Of a stretch of DNA of 64,000 bases, positions 51,554 through 64,000 are shown piece by piece. The translations under genes were made by a program, and so were the position numbers. The notes under the pieces are model-generated. The model saw nothing but the letters and a program-made list of their open reading frames with translations, ran no database searches and was not told the DNA's origin. How positions within the stretch are numbered: the first letter of the stretch is position 1; every line of letters starts with the position of its first letter. The stretch is from the human T2T-CHM13v2.0 reference genome, Homo sapiens: the NCBI RefSeq assembly GCF_009914755.1, contig NC_060946.1; one strand, 5' to 3'.

Positions 51554-52210
51554 TGCTGCATTGGTAAAGCTGGCAGTTGAAACCAGTTGGACGGCCCAGC
51601 TTGCGTCTCTTCTGCCTGAGTGGGCCTCTCAGGTCACTCGTGCCCTGCTGGAGGACAGAGGGGCACCTCAGCCGCCCCCAAGCCCAGAGCACAGCAATAA
51701 GGTCGGCCTGCAGGAGCCGGGGTGGGGGTGGGGGTGGGGGGGGCAGGACCCTGAGATGCCACCAGGACCTGATGGGCCAGGAAGGGCGTGGACATGGAGG
51801 CTGTTTTTACAGTTTTTTTTTTTTGTTGTTTTGTTTTTAAAGAATACAGAAGGAGCCAAGCTTTTTTGCACTTTGTATCCAGCTGCAAGCTCAGGGCAGA
51901 GTCAAGGGCCTGGGTTGGAAAAACCTGACTCACAGGAATGCATAATTGACCCTTGCAGCTACCCAATAGCCCTTGGAGCTGGCACTGAACCAGGCTGCAA
52001 GATTTGACTGCCTTAAAAACACAAGGCCCTCTAGGCCTGGCAGGGATGTCCCTGTGCCCAGCACAGGGTGCCTGGCAGGGGGAGACCACAGGTATGCAGG
52101 TGGGGGGACATGGTGTGGCACTGGGGGCTCGAAGACTGGTTTCTAGCACTACCGGTCACGGCCATGTCGTCCTAGAAGGGTCCAGAAGATTATTTTACGT
52201 TGAGTCCATT

Positions 52211-52216
52211 TTTAAT
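52211..52216 (-). terminator. SBF1 candidate distal poly(A) signal ATTAAA
   Basis: + strand tttaat within an AT-rich patch. Confidence 0.6.
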
Positions 52217-52257
52217 GTTCTGATCACCTGACAGGGCACCCCAAACCCCCAACTCCC

Positions 52258-52263
52258 AATAAA
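52258..52263 (+). terminator. PPP6R2 distal poly(A) signal AATAAA
   Basis: cccAATAAAagcc, the next canonical hexamer in the GC-rich UTR. Confidence 0.75.
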
Positions 52264-53549
52264 AGCCGTGACGTTCGGACAAACCGCGTACTGTGAACCT
52301 TCCGGCCCCAAAGCCCCGGCCCGGCCAGGGGTGGGAGAGTCTCCTCCAGCACCTCTTTTGTGGGCCCGCCACCCCCCAGCGTTATCCCCGTGTAATGGGT
52401 GGAGGCGGAACAGGCCACATCACGGCATCAGGTCTCTACAGCTTAGCAAATACTGACATTTTTCCGTTTGGGGGATGGGGGGAACCACTTCGCCTAACGC
52501 TCAAACACATCAACCCCAGGACTTCCTTTTGTGCCAGCTCCCCCTCCCAGAAGCCTGGGCCCCACCTTGTCCTCAGTGGCTGAGTGGGAGGGGCAGGTGG
52601 AGACCAGACCCCCACCCCGCCCCAGCGAGCTTGTCTTTCCACCACGGTTGGGGGTGGAGGGAACCCGCTCAGCTCCCCAGAGGCCGAGTCTCTGCCCCAG
52701 CTACACATTGAGTGCCTTGTTCTCACCGCCTACCCTGTGCCTGGCATTTGTCCTCTCCCCCCACAGACGTGGAACAGGGAGGGCAGGGTCCTTTCTCCCC
52801 TTACTCTGACCTGTGGGTTTTCCAGGTGCCAGGAACTTTGGTCAGGCGCCATCTGTCCGGCCTGAGGGAAGACCTGGCTGGTTTCAGTGGCTCAAGTGAG
52901 CCCACCCTCACATCTCGCCCAGGTGTCCCAACACCACCTGTGGGGTGGGGGAGGTGGCGGGACCATGCTGGGCCTGACAGGGTCCAAGGCCATCCTTGGC
53001 TTCAACGTCCCACCAGGGGAGGGTCTTGGCCCCCCACCTGCCAGCACTGGGCCCTGCCTCTGCAGCTGTCATCAGAACCTTCCCCTCACCCACACCTGCT
53101 GCTCGCCTCCCACCTGAGAGGACCACCTGAGGGACCCAGCCTCTAGCCAGGTTCTCTGCCCCTCACCAGCCCCTCTGGCCAGGTCACCAGCTGCCACTCT
53201 CAGATGTTCTCTTGGCCTTTGCAGCGTCTATAACCCTCCCCACCTTCTGCTCCTGCACCCCTGGCCAGGCCTCGTCACAGGCAAGGACACAACAGCTCAG
53301 CAGGTGAAGCCCTGGGCCTGGTGGGACTCAGGTTTGAATAGGAAAAGAGCAGTGAGGGGCCACAGTGACACCAAGAAGGGAAGGACGGGGGCCCTCTGAG
53401 ACCCCAGGGAAAGGACTTTTGGGGCAGAATTCCCAAGAACTGAGAGGGTCCATCCCCCATGGGCGTTGGCCCCTTACTCTGCCAGATGCTGCTCGTTGCC
53501 TGGCAGGAGCCAGATGTGGTCAACCTGCATTCCCCTGGGAGCCCACTGT

Positions 53550-53565
53550 CCCCCCCCCCCCCCCC
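53550..53565. repeat. C16 homopolymer (G16 on the SBF1 sense strand)
   Basis: Direct count. Confidence 0.95.
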
Positions 53566-54015
53566 GCCTCCGGCCTCCATCCCTTCAGCTCGGGTCTAGC
53601 CAGAAACTGACGTCCACCTCAAGTGTCCTCTGGACCTGCAACAGCCTTCTGGGGTCAAATGACCACCCACCCTTTCACCCCCAAGCCTCTGTGAGGTCAG
53701 CTTCTGCATCCCCTGGGTAGGGATGGGGGCTTCCTCTCCAGCCGTGCCGGCCCCTAGACCAGCCCTGAGGCGTGGAGGGAATCAAGCAAGTCCCCAGTGA
53801 AGCCTCCTGCTCGATCCGCCCCCAGAGCAAAGTCACTCCCAGGGACATGCAGGCCGAGCTGGGTGGACCCAGGCACCAGGAGAGGCTCACGAGAAAGATG
53901 CCAACCTCCCGCCAGGTGGGCCTGGATAGGGGCAGATGGGACCCTCTGGGTAGGCCGAGAGCAGGCAGCCGGGGAGTGGGGAAGGCAGGCACAGGAGCGT
54001 GGCGTTAGTTCTCTC

Positions 54016-54021
54016 TTTATA
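54016..54021 (-). terminator. SBF1 candidate proximal poly(A) signal TATAAA (variant)
   Basis: + strand tttata about 315 nt after the stop; no canonical hexamer nearby. Confidence 0.55.
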
Positions 54022-54335
54022 TAGACTCTGGTTCTAGAAACTCGCCTGCAGCCGCTGGCTGGACCAGCACACGCTGACGGGGCCGGACTATTTACAGGCC
54101 CATTGCGGGCTGTACCTTGGCCACCTCCCGGCACGGTGCTCAGCTGTGACGCCAAAATAAGTTAGGGCCGGCCGGGCGGGGCGGGGCGGGGACGGGGGCT
54201 GTACACACAAGTGCTGGGGGCTCGGGGCCTCAATACTGTCGAGGGCCGGGGCTGTAAACATGGCCGGGGCGGCCCTGCCCACCCCTAGTGGTCGGTAACG
54301 ACCGGAAGCAGAGCAGCCGGGCAGGGCTGGGAGGC

Positions 54336-54449
<114 letters not shown>

Positions 54450-54452
54450 TTA

Positions 54453-54838
<386 letters not shown>

Positions 54839-55236
54839 TCATGGCCCAGCCAAGCCCAGGCCCCAGCAGTCGTCCCCCCCTTGCTGTCCCAGCCCAGGAG
54901 GTAAGACCAGGCACCCTGTCCCCAGAACTGACCTAAGCCCAGAGCACTGGCCAGGGGGCCACAAAGAAGCCTTTGATGGGGGGCCGCAGGCCCAAGAAGA
55001 CGACGCCCAGAAAGGAGACAGTGAAGGGCGCCTCACACCCTCCAGACTCCAGGGAGCATCCCCACACCAGAGCCTCAGGGTCTTGGGAAAGCAGCCCCCT
55101 ACACAGGGCAGGCGCCCTTACGAGGAGAGGGATGGCCAGGCAGGTAGATCTGTAGAAGCAGCCACGGCAGCAGCTGCCTGGGATGGATCCTGCCAGACTC
55201 CAGACTCACGGGGGCCCCACCACTGCCCTCTCTCTA

Positions 55237-55856
<620 letters not shown>

Positions 55857-55859
55857 TTA

Positions 55860-60480
<4,621 letters not shown>

Positions 60481-60589
60481 ATCGCTAGAGAGAAAAAGGG
60501 ACTGCTGTCTGTGCTTTGTGGGTCACCTCCAACACAAACCATGACTCCCGTACTCCCCCAAACCCTGTGCCCCATGCTAAGTCACTGAA

Positions 60590-61145
<556 letters not shown>

Positions 61146-61601
61146 TTACACACCAACCCAGCCACCACCCAGTCGCAGTCTCCTTTCTCCCTCCCAGGCA
61201 TCTCTGCCTTGTTCAGTCCAGGCCCACCAGGGATGGCACAGTGAGGGGTAAGAGAGGCCTCAATGTCAACCCCAAGCTCTCAGGGCAAGAACCCAGAGCT
61301 GCTCACGTTAGGTGGGGCAGGCGGTCTGGCAGAGGGAGTAAAACACTGTCGTCTCTAAGGGCTGACTCCTCAACAGGTGCCTGAGCTGCTCAAAGCCAGG
61401 TCAGGGAAAACACACGTGCTCAGAGTGGAGGCTGTGTACTGAGACCTGAGGGTCTCTGATGACGGCCCTCCTGTCACTGTCTGGAAGCACCCACTGAGTG
61501 GTGCGGGGCCCTGGGGAGCCACAGCCACCCCAGGCCAGTAGGCAGTTCACATGGTGGGGAGACGGCAGGGCCACACCAACCCCCAGGGGTAACCGGACTT
61601 A

Positions 61602-62328
<727 letters not shown>

Positions 62329-62361
62329 CTGCACGCCATGTGGGTCAGGGGCCAGGGCTCA

Positions 62362-63018
<657 letters not shown>

Positions 63019-63402
63019 TCAAGATGCCCGGTGGCCCTACCTTCAAGCCCTCCAGTGTTTACCAAGCCAGCATCCTGTCAGTACCCACCCCCGAGAGAAT
63101 GCAGCAGGGGCCCAGAACCATAAACTGCATCCCCCGTGTGGTCATCAGCCCACGTGGGCCCAGCAGGCTGCTCCGACATACCCATGCCCAAGCCCTGGCC
63201 ACTCTCACTGTCAGCTGGCCCCAGCCAGGCCCAGCCTCCCAGCTGCCTTCTAGGCACCAGAGCCTGGGTGGGAAGTGGCTGTCACCTCCTCCTTCCAGCG
63301 CTCCACACTGTCAGACAAGCAAACCTAGACCCGTCCACTTGGCTCTACCCAAGGGGAGGGCCCAGCACCAAGGCGGGCAGAGGGACGGGGCAGTGCAGAG
63401 AC

Positions 63403-63582
63403 CTGGATCAGCCACTCTGAGTCCTCCAGTGAGCGCAGGAAGGAGGCTGGGCTGGGCTCAGCAGCGGGGCAGCCTGGGACACATGCTTTCAGCAGCTTCT
63501 TGAAGCTAGCCTTCACCTGCCGTGCCTCGAATACCTCAATGGGCACCAGCTCCCACTGCTGCAGGGGGTCTGACCGCACACC
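63403..63582 (-). CDS. SBF1: SBF1 exon ([14 protein letters not shown]...SEWLIQ)
   Basis: ttttcag| and CAG|gtctct; 180 nt. Confidence 0.95.
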
Positions 63583-63678
63583 CTGAAAAGAATCCGGACA
63601 AGTCCCGTGAGACACATGAGGCCCCAAGCCCCCTGCCGAGCCCCCACCCTCACCCCCCACCCCCCGCACCCCAGTCAC

Positions 63679-63860
63679 CTTGAGCTGGGCTTTGTCCCCA
63701 AGGATATAGAGGGCTGCTCGCTGCGGACGCAGGAAGCCCGGGTCGGGAGGGCCCCCGTTGGCCTGGGGTGGGGCCAGCGCGTCTCTGCCAGCTAGCCGGG
63801 AGCCCACATCGGTGCCAAGGCCACTGCTGCGTCCACTGGTCCGGACACTGCCCCACTTAC
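63679..63860 (-). CDS. SBF1: SBF1 exon ([10 protein letters not shown]...DKAQLK)
   Basis: ttcacag| and AAG|gtgact; 182 nt, phase 1 start. Confidence 0.93.
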
Positions 63861-64000
63861 CTGTGAAGGAGATGCCAGGTAAGCACCCAAGGGGGGCCAG
63901 GGCACCACTTACCTGGGGCTGGCTGGGCCCGGCCTCCAGGGAGGGGGCTGAGCTCCCAGGGCAGGGGTGGTTGGCAGGACCCCAGCAGGGCCGTGCGAGA

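Noticed and set aside
63913-64000. Stop-free 88 nt ending at a perfect donor, as a possible SBF1 coding exon
   Set aside because: Resulting intron would be only 52 nt, the peptide is not recognisable as SBF1, and any acceptor is outside the window; kept only as a motif finding

Overview
Human genomic DNA (recognised from the encoded proteins as chr22q13.33) with two convergent protein-coding genes. On + is the complete coding region of PPP6R2 (SAPS2, PP6 regulatory subunit 2): 22 coding exons from ATG 461 to TGA 51442 splice into 2880 nt = 959 aa, with in-frame alternatives (NAGNAG acceptors, an 81-nt frame-neutral exon, a +21-nt acceptor). On - are the last 12 coding exons of SBF1 (MTMR5 pseudophosphatase, coiled coil and PH domain), ending at TGA 54336. 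Crossed poly(A) signals predict that the two 3' UTRs overlap near 52.2 kb. Introns carry dozens of Alus, old L1/MER58/MLT1/MIR relics, a Y3 RNA retrocopy with target-site duplication, and four GC-rich minisatellites. I see no wholly new gene system. The best leads are recursive-splice-type AG|GT exon starts, a 405-nt in-frame candidate exon extension in PPP6R2, an Alu-mediated inverted templated duplication, a G-quadruplex VNTR next to an exon whose antisense strand is open in all three frames, a splice-donor-packed VNTR, and an intron start that copies the next SBF1 exon. Repeat boundaries are approximate and all family assignments are by eye.
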